Assembly: GCA_030650275.1 (NCBI GenBank)
Contig: JAUSEK010000026.1
Coordinates: 1-62,491, forward strand
DNA length: 62,491 bases
Source: Candidatus Omnitrophota bacterium
Lineage (GTDB): Bacteria; Omnitrophota; Gorgyraeia; Zapsychrales; Fredricksoniimonadaceae
Reading direction: 5' to 3'
Shown in pieces: positions 26,042 to 34,624 of the stretch; position 1 is the stretch's first letter, and each line of letters begins with the position of its first letter. The notes below the pieces were generated by a model, which was given only the letters and a program-made list of their open reading frames with translations, was not told the origin of the DNA and made no database searches. The position numbers were made by a program, and so were the translations under genes.

Positions 26042-26054
26042 AGTGTCCCCTTTT
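26025..26054. terminator. 12-bp perfect hairpin AAAAGGGGACAC-cataaa-GTGTCCCCTTTT; likely bidirectional terminator or REP-like element
   Basis: Perfect inverted repeat with A/T tails; the giant ORF stop codon lies in its loop. Confidence 0.7.
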
Positions 26055-26104
26055 GCCCGGAATAGGACATTTCTACTTTGCCTTTACAGTGAAGCCTCTG
26101 TACC

Positions 26105-26133
26105 TTGACACTCGCCCGTCGGGGTGTTATACT
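26105..26133 (+). promoter_or_regulatory. Sigma-70 promoter
   Basis: TTGACA-17-TGn-TATACT, 12 nt before ATG 26146. Confidence 0.8.
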
Positions 26134-26145
26134 TTGGCCACAACT

Positions 26146-27555
26146 ATGATTAAATCCATTTCTTTCATCGCGTTATTGTTCTTTCCTGTTTTGGGCATTG
26201 CCCAGGAGATCACAGCTCCGCCCATGGTCGTCGTGCCGCGCCTCATGAATTTTTCCAAAGACGTTGGGGCCGCCAACACCGTCATCACCGGCAAAGAACA
26301 CCAGAACCGCGCCATCGCATTTTCCATCCAGCGGTTGATCGATGAGAACGCCGATCTTCTTCAAACCGTCCAGGAACAGACGCGCACCATTGAAACATTG
26401 CGCGGCCAGGTGGCCGATTTCAACGAGCGCGTCTACAATGCCAGAGAGCTTTTCGTTGATCTTGAGAAGTATAGCCAGTTAAGAGAAACCCTGTTGGGTT
26501 ATCAGGCCCAGATCGTCCAACGCGACCGTTTGCTGGCCGAGCGTGACGCCCAGATCAGCGCTTTGCGCGGCCATGTCCAAAAGACCGGTGAAATTTTCGA
26601 CCAGGCCGTGGACGCGGCGTACGAGGCAAAAAACGCGCTTTTGGACCGGCAATCCCGTCAACTCATAGACCTGAAAACGGAATTGGTCCGGACAAAGGAA
26701 CAGTTGCAGCGGGCCCAGGCCGGCCAGCAGGGGTCCATCGACGCTTTCGCCGGGGATGTGGCGCGGCTTAAGAAAAAAGTCGCTTCGGGGGTCGTATCCG
26801 GTGAGGAAATGGTCAAGATGAAAGGCGACATGGCGGCGTTGAACTATCAACTGGAAATGGCCCGCCAGGACCTTGAAGAGAGCATCTCTCTTTATGAGCA
26901 ATTGGCTGTCCAACACAAGAAAGACATCGCGCTGTTGGAAGAAAAAGCCGTTTTGACCGACCAGAAAATCCAAAAGGCCGTAACGGATGCCCGGAATGCC
27001 GAGAAAGATGAGACAGCCGAACGTTTGGTGCAATTCCAGGGACGGTTAAAAGAGTCCCTCGATATCAATGAAGACCAGCAGCATAAGATCGCCGTTTATA
27101 AAACGCGGGTGAAAGCGTTTGAAAAAGACACCAATGCCAAAGAGTTGAGCGCTTCCATGATGCAGGCGATCATTGACCAGAAGAACGCCGATTACACCAA
27201 TACGACGGCGGTATTCACGGCGAAGATAGACGGCCTGCAGGAACGTCTGGCTGTGGCGGAAGCAAAACTGAAGACGAGCGTGCCCCAGGAGGATTTGAAC
27301 AGGATCCAGGCCATGCTCAAGTCCTCGCGCGAGGAAATAGCGTCGCTGGCCAATACGCTCAAGGACAAAGATGCCGGCATCGCGAAAATGCGCTCGCAAT
27401 TGGACTCCAACGCCAAAGAATTTTCAGCCCAATTGGCCCAACTGGAACGCTTTAAAGCCCAGATCGATGACAGCCGTAAAAAGATTGAGACCATGGGCAA
27501 ACAGATCGCCCGTTTGAAAATGCAGCTGGATGAATCCCGGAAAAAAGGCCGCTAG
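26146..27555 (+). CDS. Secreted long coiled-coil protein, 469 aa
   Basis: Signal peptide MIKSISFIALLFFPVLGIA-QE, then continuous heptad-like helices; start moved from 26053 to follow the promoter. Confidence 0.8.
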   Translation: MIKSISFIALLFFPVLGIAQEITAPPMVVVPRLMNFSKDVGAANTVITGKEHQNRAIAFSIQRLIDENADLLQTVQEQTRTIETLRGQVADFNERVYNARELFVDLEKYSQLRETLLGYQAQIVQRDRLLAERDAQISALRGHVQKTGEIFDQAVDAAYEAKNALLDRQSRQLIDLKTELVRTKEQLQRAQAGQQGSIDAFAGDVARLKKKVASGVVSGEEMVKMKGDMAALNYQLEMARQDLEESISLYEQLAVQHKKDIALLEEKAVLTDQKIQKAVTDARNAEKDETAERLVQFQGRLKESLDINEDQQHKIAVYKTRVKAFEKDTNAKELSASMMQAIIDQKNADYTNTTAVFTAKIDGLQERLAVAEAKLKTSVPQEDLNRIQAMLKSSREEIASLANTLKDKDAGIAKMRSQLDSNAKEFSAQLAQLERFKAQIDDSRKKIETMGKQIARLKMQLDESRKKGR

Positions 27556-27821
27556 CGGCTTTCCCGCGTAAGCCGCTCCGCGATCCACATGCGGATCAAT
27601 GTCAAATACCCCAGACCTTTCTTGGCCGCGGATTCTTTCAGGGAGGCGATCATGTGGTCATCAACCCGGAGGGAGATGAGTCGTTTGCGGGGCTTGCGAA
27701 AATGCACATCTTTGACTTCCACAAGATCATCTTCAAACTCGGTTATGGAATGGGTCTTCCAAAACTGGACCTCCTCATATTCTGACTTGAATCTTGGAAT
27801 AGTTTTTCGTTTGGTTTTCAT
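27552..27821 (-). CDS. brnA: BrnA/CopG-type antitoxin
   Basis: IPRFKSEYEEVQFWKTH..ISLRVD..LKESAAKKGLGYLTLIRMWI; directly downstream of a BrnT-like gene. Confidence 0.8.
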   Translation of the reverse strand: MKTKRKTIPRFKSEYEEVQFWKTHSITEFEDDLVEVKDVHFRKPRKRLISLRVDDHMIASLKESAAKKGLGYLTLIRMWIAERLTRESR

Positions 27822-27827
27822 ATTATA

Positions 27828-28091
27828 TTATCTCCTGTAGAACCGCTTACGTTCAGCTTGAGACATGTCCCAGGCTGTGATCACCCGCACGGTTTCCTTT
27901 TTCATAAGATCGGCAATAATGGTCAAGTAACGGCCGCCATCTGTTCGACCTAATAAGCAATATCTTCCTAAGCCGGTTTTAAAAATAAGAGGGTTGTTAT
28001 AACAGGCCTCTTCTGCTTCATCAGGCGCTACGTGGTGCTCAGTAATATGGCTGATGTTGTTAAGGTCCCATTTAAAGAACTGAAAGAACAT
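27828..28091 (-). CDS. brnT: BrnT family ribonuclease toxin
   Basis: FKWDLNNISHI..EAEE..LLGRTDGGRYL..RVITAWDMSQAERKRF. Confidence 0.85.
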   Translation of the reverse strand: MFFQFFKWDLNNISHITEHHVAPDEAEEACYNNPLIFKTGLGRYCLLGRTDGGRYLTIIADLMKKETVRVITAWDMSQAERKRFYRR

Positions 28092-28104
28092 TTGTATCTC
28101 CTAA

Positions 28105-28133
28105 AGTATATATGTATATACAAAAGATGTCAA
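28105..28133 (-). promoter_or_regulatory. brnTA promoter with palindromic GTATATAC operator-like site in the spacer
   Basis: TTGACA-17-TATACT on the minus strand. Confidence 0.75.
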
Positions 28134-28135
28134 CA

Positions 28136-29659
28136 TTATTTCATCCTGTCTAATGTTCTATAGCCAATCGCCTCGGCCAAATGCGCGGGATTTATCTCGT
28201 CGCTGGCGTCCAGGTCGGCCACAGTGCGGGCCACTTTCAGCACGCGGTCATGCGCCCGGGCCGAGAGCCCCAGGCGCTCGGTCGCTGCTTTCAGTAAATC
28301 TTTGCTTTGCTCGTCTAAAACGCAATATTTTTTAATGTCTTTACCTGTCATCCCCGCGTTGTGACCCACACCGCTGTCCTTAAAGCGTTCGTGCTGGACC
28401 ATTCTCGCCCGGCTGGTGCGTTTCTTGACGCGCGCCGAGGGCTCGGGTTCGGCGGTGCCCCACAGATCTTCGTTTTTCAGCGCCGGCACTTCCAGATGGA
28501 TATCAATGCGGTCCAGCAAAGGCCCGGAGATCTTGTTGAAATACTGCTCGATCTGTGTCGGCGCGCACACGCATGTTTTGCGGTGGCTCATGCGCCATCC
28601 GCACGGGCAGGGGTTCATGGCCGCCACCAGCATGAACCGGGCGGGAAAACACACACTGCCTTTGGCGCGCGCGACCGTGACACATCCGTCCTCCAGCGGC
28701 TGGCGCAGGGCTTCCAGCGCATGCCGGCTGAATTCCGGCAATTCGTCCAGAAAAAGCACCCCGTTGTGCGCGAGGGTTGTTTCGCCGGGCCGGGGGATGG
28801 ACCCGCCGCCGACGAGGGCGATGTCCGAGGCCGTGTGATGGGGATTTCTAAGCGGCCGCTGGCGCATGATCACCAGAGGATGTTTTAAAAGTCCCATCAC
28901 CGAGTGGATCTTGGTGGTTTCCAGGGTTTCCTGGCGCGACATGTCCGGCAAAATGGTCGGCATGCGTTTGGCCAGCATGGTTTTGCCGCTTCCCGGCGGC
29001 CCTACCAAAAGAACATTGTGCCCGCCTGCCGCGGCGATCTCCAGACCCCGTTTGGCATGGGCCTGGCCTTTGACGTCGCAAAAGTCCATGTCCCAGACCC
29101 AGGGGGTTTCGGCACTTTTGTCGTCGGGATCAAAAGGCGGGATGCTTTCCATACAGGTCAGAAAATGCACGACTTCTTTCAGGCAGGCGGCGGGGTAGAC
29201 CGCGACACTCCGGGGCAGGGCGGCTTCACGGGCATTGGCCGCGGGCACGACCAGTCCCTTGAGGTTTTGACCCTTGGCCTTTAAGGAAGCGGCCAGGGTG
29301 CCGTGCACGGCATGGATATTTCCGTCGAGCGAAAGTTCTCCCAAAAACGCGAAGCGGTTTAAGGGCTCAAGAGGGACCTGTCCGCTGGAGGCCAAAATGC
29401 TCAAAGCAATGGCCACCTCGAAATTCGGGCCTTCTTTTTTGGTGTCCGCGGGCGCCAGGTTCACTGTGATGCGGCCGGAGGGAAAATCAAAACCGCTGTT
29501 CTTGATGGCCGAACGCACCCGTTCGCGGCTTTCGCGCACGGAGCTGTCCGGAAGCCCCACCACCGTGAACAAAGGAAGGCCGGGGCCGCAATCCGCTTCA
29601 ACGGTGACCAAATACCCGTCCAAGCCGGCAATGCCGAAGCTGAGAGTTTTTGATAACAT
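28136..29659 (-). CDS. comM: ComM/YifB Mg-chelatase-like AAA+ ATPase
   Basis: VGLPDSSVRESRERVRSA, GPPGSGKT, LFLDELPEF, MNPCPCG, ISGPLLDRID; start placed at MLSKTLSF. Confidence 0.93.
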   Translation of the reverse strand: MLSKTLSFGIAGLDGYLVTVEADCGPGLPLFTVVGLPDSSVRESRERVRSAIKNSGFDFPSGRITVNLAPADTKKEGPNFEVAIALSILASSGQVPLEPLNRFAFLGELSLDGNIHAVHGTLAASLKAKGQNLKGLVVPAANAREAALPRSVAVYPAACLKEVVHFLTCMESIPPFDPDDKSAETPWVWDMDFCDVKGQAHAKRGLEIAAAGGHNVLLVGPPGSGKTMLAKRMPTILPDMSRQETLETTKIHSVMGLLKHPLVIMRQRPLRNPHHTASDIALVGGGSIPRPGETTLAHNGVLFLDELPEFSRHALEALRQPLEDGCVTVARAKGSVCFPARFMLVAAMNPCPCGWRMSHRKTCVCAPTQIEQYFNKISGPLLDRIDIHLEVPALKNEDLWGTAEPEPSARVKKRTSRARMVQHERFKDSGVGHNAGMTGKDIKKYCVLDEQSKDLLKAATERLGLSARAHDRVLKVARTVADLDASDEINPAHLAEAIGYRTLDRMK

Positions 29660-29759
29660 CAATAGGACCAATGATTTGGGGAGATTTGAAGAACTACGCG
29701 CCCACGGGGAATGGGCGCCAAAGCATTTCTTGCTTTTTAAGGAAGCAAGATTATAATAC

Positions 29760-29788
29760 AACCTAACAAAATTATCTTTTTCCGTCAA
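29760..29788 (-). promoter_or_regulatory. Putative comM promoter
   Basis: TTGACG-17-TGn-TAGGTT on the minus strand. Confidence 0.5.
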
Positions 29789-29796
29789 TACTTTTT

Positions 29797-30258
29797 ATGC
29801 CACCCCACATCCAACACGATTTTTGGTCGGAGGTTTTTCATAACCATATCCTGATGAGCACGCTGACGGTTTGGGTGTTGGCCCAGGTCGCCAAGGTCAT
29901 TGTCGGGTTCTTTCAGGAGAAGAGGTTTAATTTCCGGTGGTTCATCGGCACCGGAGGCATGCCGTCCAGCCATGCCGCCGGGGTTTCAGCTTTGGCCACT
30001 TCCGTGGGCTTGCAGCAGGGGTTTGACAACGTGATGTTCGCCCTGGCAGCTTCTTTCGCCATGATCACCATGTTCGACGCCCAGGGGGTGCGCCGTTCAA
30101 CGGGACAGCAGGCGTGGATCCTCAACAAGATGATGGACGACATCTATTGGAAGGGCCAGATCGAGACCAAACGCCTCAAAGAGTTCGTCGGACATACACC
30201 CGTCCAGGTCCTGGCCGGGTTTGTTTTTGGGATCGTCTGGGCGATCATTTTGTATTAA
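29797..30258 (+). CDS. Divergent PAP2 family protein (DUF212)
   Basis: GGMPSSHAA, FDAQGVRR, EFVGHTP. Confidence 0.9.
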   Translation: MPPHIQHDFWSEVFHNHILMSTLTVWVLAQVAKVIVGFFQEKRFNFRWFIGTGGMPSSHAAGVSALATSVGLQQGFDNVMFALAASFAMITMFDAQGVRRSTGQQAWILNKMMDDIYWKGQIETKRLKEFVGHTPVQVLAGFVFGIVWAIILY

Positions 30259-30269
30259 GGAGATCTTTT

Positions 30270-31094
30270 ATGAATCAGCGTTGGATCATTGCCATTGTTG
30301 CGGTCGTTTTTCTGGCCGGCATAGGCCTTGTCGTCGTCGGCAAATACAAACCGGGCGGGGAAAACAGATCATCCGGGGCTTCAACGGCTTCCGTCGGCCA
30401 GATGCTGGGCCAGGCTGCTCAATACGAGGCCGAGGGAGATCCACTGAAAGCCAAAGACCTGTACGCCCAGGTGGTCAGCGACCATCCTGACTATGACAAG
30501 ATCGAGGAGGTCCAGGACCGGCTGGGCGCCTTGTCCATCGTCCTCATCACATCCAACACGCCGACACCCCAGACGGTCCTGCACGAGATCGTGCCCGGGG
30601 ATTCTTTAGGCAAACTCGCCAGGCAATACAACACGACGATGGAATTGATCAAAAAAAGCAATAACCTCAAAAGCGACGTCATCCGCGTCGGGCAGAAACT
30701 GCGCGTCTGGACGGCGCCGTTCACCGTTTTGGTGGACAAGTCCCGGAATATCCTCATCCTTAAGACCGCGGAAGAGGTGGTCAAGGTGTACCATGTTTCG
30801 ACCGGGGCCGGCAATTCCACGCCCATCGGTCATTTCAAGATCGCCGCCAAACTCGTCGATCCCGTGTGGTTCAAGGCGGGCAGCAAACCCATCCCTCCGG
30901 AAAGCCCGGAAAATGAACTGGGCAGCCGGTGGATGGGATTTGCCGAGAACCCGCAGTACGGCATTCACGGCACCATCAAACCCAATCTGATCGGCCAGCA
31001 GGCGACCGCCGGGTGTGTGCGTCTGGTCAACCACGACGTTGAGGAACTTTTTGACCTGTTGCCGCCCGGCACGCAGGTGACCATCCAGGACTAA
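30270..31094 (+). CDS. LysM-domain L,D-transpeptidase
   Basis: AAGGAG SD; N-terminal TM; LysM (HEIVPGDSLGKLA); YGIHGT..ATAGCVRL. Confidence 0.9.
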   Translation: MNQRWIIAIVAVVFLAGIGLVVVGKYKPGGENRSSGASTASVGQMLGQAAQYEAEGDPLKAKDLYAQVVSDHPDYDKIEEVQDRLGALSIVLITSNTPTPQTVLHEIVPGDSLGKLARQYNTTMELIKKSNNLKSDVIRVGQKLRVWTAPFTVLVDKSRNILILKTAEEVVKVYHVSTGAGNSTPIGHFKIAAKLVDPVWFKAGSKPIPPESPENELGSRWMGFAENPQYGIHGTIKPNLIGQQATAGCVRLVNHDVEELFDLLPPGTQVTIQD

Positions 31095-31097
31095 GAC

Positions 31098-32048
31098 ATG
31101 GCCGCGTTGGATTTTGAAAAACCGATCGTCGAGTTGGAATCCAGGATCGAGGACCTGCGCAAGATGAGTTCCCGGCGCGTCACCCTGGAGCCTGAGATCA
31201 AGCGTCTGGAAAGTAAACTCGCGACACTCAAAGATGATGTCTATGCCCATTTGGACCCCTGGCAAAGGGTGCAGATCGCCCGCCATCCCAAACGGCCTTA
31301 CACGTTTGATTATATCCGTCTGATGACCGAGGATTTTCTGGAACTGCACGGGGACCGTTTATTTTCCGACGACGCGGCCCTGGTGGGCGGTTTCGCGAAG
31401 ATCGACGGCATCAAGATCATGGTCATGGGGCACCAGAAAGGCCGCGACGTCAAAGAGAATGTCATGCGCAATTTCGGCTGCGCCCACCCGGAAGGGTACC
31501 GCAAGGCCATGCGCCTGATGAGATTGGCAGAAAAATTCCACGTCCCCGTCGTGTGTTTGATCGATACCCCGGGCGCCTATCCCGGGATCGGCGCTGAACA
31601 GCGCGGCCAGGCCCAGGCCATTGCCGAAAATTTGAGGGACATGGCCGGCCTCAAGACCCCCATCGTGGCGGCGATCATCGGCGAGGGGGGAAGCGGCGGG
31701 GCCTTAGGCATCGGTGTGGCCGACCGCGTCATCATTTTGGAACACGCGTATTATTCCGTTATTTCTCCCGAGGGCTGTGCCTCCATTTTGTGGCGCTCTT
31801 CGCTCAAAGCGCCCCTGGCGGCTGAAGCATTGAAAATGCACGGCGAGCACTTGATCAAGTTCGGCATCGTTGATGAAATTATCCCCGAGCCCCTGGGCGG
31901 CGCCCACCGCAACCCGGCCGAGATCGCCGCCGCTCTTAAAACCGTCCTGGTCAAACACCTCAAGAAATTGTCTTCCCTATCCCAAGAAGCCCTGCTGGAG
32001 GCCCGGTATAAAAAATACCGCGCCATCGGCGAATTCACGGAAAAATAA
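31098..32048 (+). CDS. accA: Acetyl-CoA carboxylase carboxyltransferase alpha subunit
   Basis: LDFEKPI, ARHPKRP, IDTPGAYPG, GEGGSGGAL. Confidence 0.97.
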   Translation: MAALDFEKPIVELESRIEDLRKMSSRRVTLEPEIKRLESKLATLKDDVYAHLDPWQRVQIARHPKRPYTFDYIRLMTEDFLELHGDRLFSDDAALVGGFAKIDGIKIMVMGHQKGRDVKENVMRNFGCAHPEGYRKAMRLMRLAEKFHVPVVCLIDTPGAYPGIGAEQRGQAQAIAENLRDMAGLKTPIVAAIIGEGGSGGALGIGVADRVIILEHAYYSVISPEGCASILWRSSLKAPLAAEALKMHGEHLIKFGIVDEIIPEPLGGAHRNPAEIAAALKTVLVKHLKKLSSLSQEALLEARYKKYRAIGEFTEK

Positions 32049-33136
32049 TGGTTCGACTCGCTGCGCTCGCTCACCACAAGTTGCAGGACATTCGCGATTT
32101 TTCCTTTGAGGAATTCTCTGCCTATCTGGTTTCCATTGGAGAAAAACCGTTTCGGGCAGGGCAGGTGTTTGAGTGGATTTACAAGAAAGACGCATCCGCT
32201 TTTGAGGACATGACCACCTTGTCCCAGCCGCTGCGCGCGCGTCTGGCCGCTGATCTTAAGTTTACGCCCGCCGTCATTGCCGATCAACAAAAGTCCGAGG
32301 ACGGCACCGCCAAATTCCTTTTTGAATTATCCGACGGCCAGCATGTGGAGGCGGTCTTGATCCCCACGGCCGCGCGCACGACCGCGTGCATCTCCACCCA
32401 GGTCGGCTGCAAGTTCGGCTGCCGTTTTTGCGCCAGCGGTGTTGCCGGCTGGAAACGCAATTTGTCCACGGCCGAGATCATGACCCAGGTGCTTTACGTC
32501 AAGCATGCCGCGGGTAAAAAAAGGCCGTTGACCCACATTGTCTTCATGGGCATCGGCGAGCCCATGGACAATTATGATGTTTTGCTCAAAAGCATCCATT
32601 TGATCAATTCCGACAAGGCCGTTAACATCGCGGCCCGCCGCATCACGGTGTCCACCAGCGGTGTCGTTCCCAAGATCTTAAAGTTGGCCGAACAGGATCT
32701 GCAGATCGAACTGGCCATTTCCCTGCACGGGTATGACAATCCCTCACGCGACGTGCTGATGCCGGTCAATAAGAAATATCCCATTGAAGAATTGATCGCG
32801 GTCTGCCGCGCTTATGGCGCCAGTAAGAGAAGGCAGATCACGTTTGAGTATATTTTGATCAAAGGCGTGACCGTCACGCCGCAGGCGCCGGCCGCGCTTA
32901 AGAAATTGTTCAAAGGCCTTTTGTGCAAGATGAACCTCATTCCCTACAATCCCGTCGCAGAATTTCCCCACCAGTGCCCCAGCCATGCGGAAATGCTGGC
33001 GTTCCGTTTGGAATTGGAAAAAGCGGGCATCCACGCCACCATCCGCACGCCCAGGGGCAAGGATGTCAACGCCGCCTGCGGCCAACTGCGCCACGCGCAT
33101 CAAGGCGGGCAGACGAATTTTGACAAAAATGGATGA
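32048..33136 (+). CDS. rlmN: 23S rRNA/tRNA m2A methyltransferase (start may be TTG 32081)
   Basis: CISTQVGCKFGCRFC, VFMGIGEP, NAACGQL. Confidence 0.95.
   Translation: MVRLAALAHHKLQDIRDFSFEEFSAYLVSIGEKPFRAGQVFEWIYKKDASAFEDMTTLSQPLRARLAADLKFTPAVIADQQKSEDGTAKFLFELSDGQHVEAVLIPTAARTTACISTQVGCKFGCRFCASGVAGWKRNLSTAEIMTQVLYVKHAAGKKRPLTHIVFMGIGEPMDNYDVLLKSIHLINSDKAVNIAARRITVSTSGVVPKILKLAEQDLQIELAISLHGYDNPSRDVLMPVNKKYPIEELIAVCRAYGASKRRQITFEYILIKGVTVTPQAPAALKKLFKGLLCKMNLIPYNPVAEFPHQCPSHAEMLAFRLELEKAGIHATIRTPRGKDVNAACGQLRHAHQGGQTNFDKNG
32049..32081. repeat. REP-like element (TTCGAC...GCTCA core) at the rlmN 5' end
   Basis: TGGTTCGACTCGCTGCGCTCGCTCACCA; same core as 53004-53027. Confidence 0.6.
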
Positions 33137-33148
33137 GGATGATATAGT
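33120..33148 (+). promoter_or_regulatory. tRNA promoter overlapping the rlmN end
   Basis: TTGACA-17-TATAGT. Confidence 0.7.
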
Positions 33149-33161
33149 GACCTTCTTTTGC

Positions 33162-33238
<77 letters not shown>

Positions 33239-33246
33239 AAATTTTT

Positions 33247-33330
33247 GCCGAGGTGGCGGAACTGGTATACGCGCTGGTCTCAAAAACCAGTAGCCTCACG
33301 GCTGTAAGGGTTCAACTCCCTTCCTCGGCA
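33247..33330 (+). tRNA. tRNA-Leu(CAA)
   Basis: GCCGAGG acceptor, arm CTGGT-CTCAAAA-ACCAG, long variable arm, CCA not encoded. Confidence 0.95.
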
Positions 33331-33374
33331 CTTTTTACGGCATTTTATTTGTAAACCTTCCTCACCCAATCCGG

Positions 33375-33403
33375 TTGACAATCCAGCCATAATCTTTTAG
33401 CAT
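33375..33403 (+). promoter_or_regulatory. iscS promoter (leaderless geometry)
   Basis: TTGACA-17-TAGCAT, ending 7 nt before ATG 33411. Confidence 0.55.
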
Positions 33404-33410
33404 AATCGGT

Positions 33411-34550
33411 ATGGACCCCGTTTATCTTGACCATGCCGCGACAACACCCTGCGACCCGCGGGTCGTGGAGGCCCTGCGTCCTTATTTTTATGAGGCCTTC
33501 GGCAATACGTTAAGTCCGCACGCCTTTGGCCGGCGTAGCCGCAAGGCCGTTGAGGATGCCCGTGAAATATTGGCCTCTTTTTTGGGCGCCCAGCCGACGG
33601 AGATCGTTTTTACGTCATCCGCCACAGAATCCAATAATCACGTCATTTTAGGCGTTGCCCGTGCTTTGAAGTCCGAAGGCAGGCATCTCGTTGTTTCCGC
33701 CATTGAGCATCATTGTGTCCTGGAACCGGCCCGCCGTCTGATGCAGGAGGGATGCGAGGCCACGTTCGTGTCCCCGGACAAGGACGGTATCATTTCTCCC
33801 ACGGCCATTGAGCAAGCCCTGCGTCCGGACACCATTTTGATCGCCGTGGCCCACGCCAATAATGAGATCGGCACCATCCAACCCATCGCGGATATCGGAC
33901 GCATCGCCCGTAAAAGAGGTATTTATTTCTTAGTGGACGCGGCGCAGACCATCGGACATATCCCCGTATCTGTTACCGGCATTCCTTGCGATCTTCTTTC
34001 TTTTTCCGCCCACAAATTCTATGGTCCCCAGGGCGTCGGCGCTTTGTATATGCGCAAAGGCATTGACTGTCCGCCTTTGCTGTTAGGCGGGGACCATGAA
34101 CGCGGCAGCCGCGCGGGAACGCTGAATGTCCCGGGCATCGTCGGGTTAGGGGAAGCGGTCCGTTTGTGTGGCCCGCTTATGTCCGATGAAATGGCCGCGC
34201 AAACCGCTTTGCGCGACCGGATCATCAACGCTGTCCTTAAAGAGGTCCCCGGCACAACCCTTAACGGTCATCGCACCTTGCGCCTGCCCAACAATGCCCA
34301 TTTCTCCTTTGAAGGCGTCCTTGGCGAGGACCTGGTCGCGGCCCTGGACATGGCAGGCATTGCCGTTTCCGTGGGTTCGGCGTGCACGTCAGGCCAATTG
34401 ACCCCGTCGCACGTGCTCAAAGCCATCGGCCTTTCCGATGCCCAGGCCCTCGGGGCATTGCGCATCAGCGTCGGCCGCTGGACCACAGCGAAGGAAGTTG
34501 ACTATTTTTTGGAACAATTAAAATTAAAAATAAAACAATTGAGGGGTTGA
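33411..34550 (+). CDS. iscS: Cysteine desulfurase
   Basis: YLDHAATTP, SFSAHKFYGPQG, GSACTSG. Confidence 0.95.
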   Translation: MDPVYLDHAATTPCDPRVVEALRPYFYEAFGNTLSPHAFGRRSRKAVEDAREILASFLGAQPTEIVFTSSATESNNHVILGVARALKSEGRHLVVSAIEHHCVLEPARRLMQEGCEATFVSPDKDGIISPTAIEQALRPDTILIAVAHANNEIGTIQPIADIGRIARKRGIYFLVDAAQTIGHIPVSVTGIPCDLLSFSAHKFYGPQGVGALYMRKGIDCPPLLLGGDHERGSRAGTLNVPGIVGLGEAVRLCGPLMSDEMAAQTALRDRIINAVLKEVPGTTLNGHRTLRLPNNAHFSFEGVLGEDLVAALDMAGIAVSVGSACTSGQLTPSHVLKAIGLSDAQALGALRISVGRWTTAKEVDYFLEQLKLKIKQLRG

Positions 34551-34620
34551 ATTATAGGGACACAATACTTAATTCAACCATGAATAAACACAGGAATTAA
34601 GTTTTGTGTCCCCATAATTC
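34549..34620. repeat. 27-bp inverted repeat pair (REPIN-like, GGGACAC core)
   Basis: Arms 34549-34575 and 34594-34620 match at 25/27. Confidence 0.8.
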
Positions 34621-34624
34621 TAAT

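Noticed and set aside
26053-26145. TTG start for a 500 aa version of the coiled-coil protein
   Set aside because: Lies upstream of a consensus promoter and buries the signal peptide.
34604-34624. Upstream birA start (MCPHNSN), and similarly purD ATG 54274
   Set aside because: Both fall inside palindromic repeats; downstream ATGs give typical N-termini.
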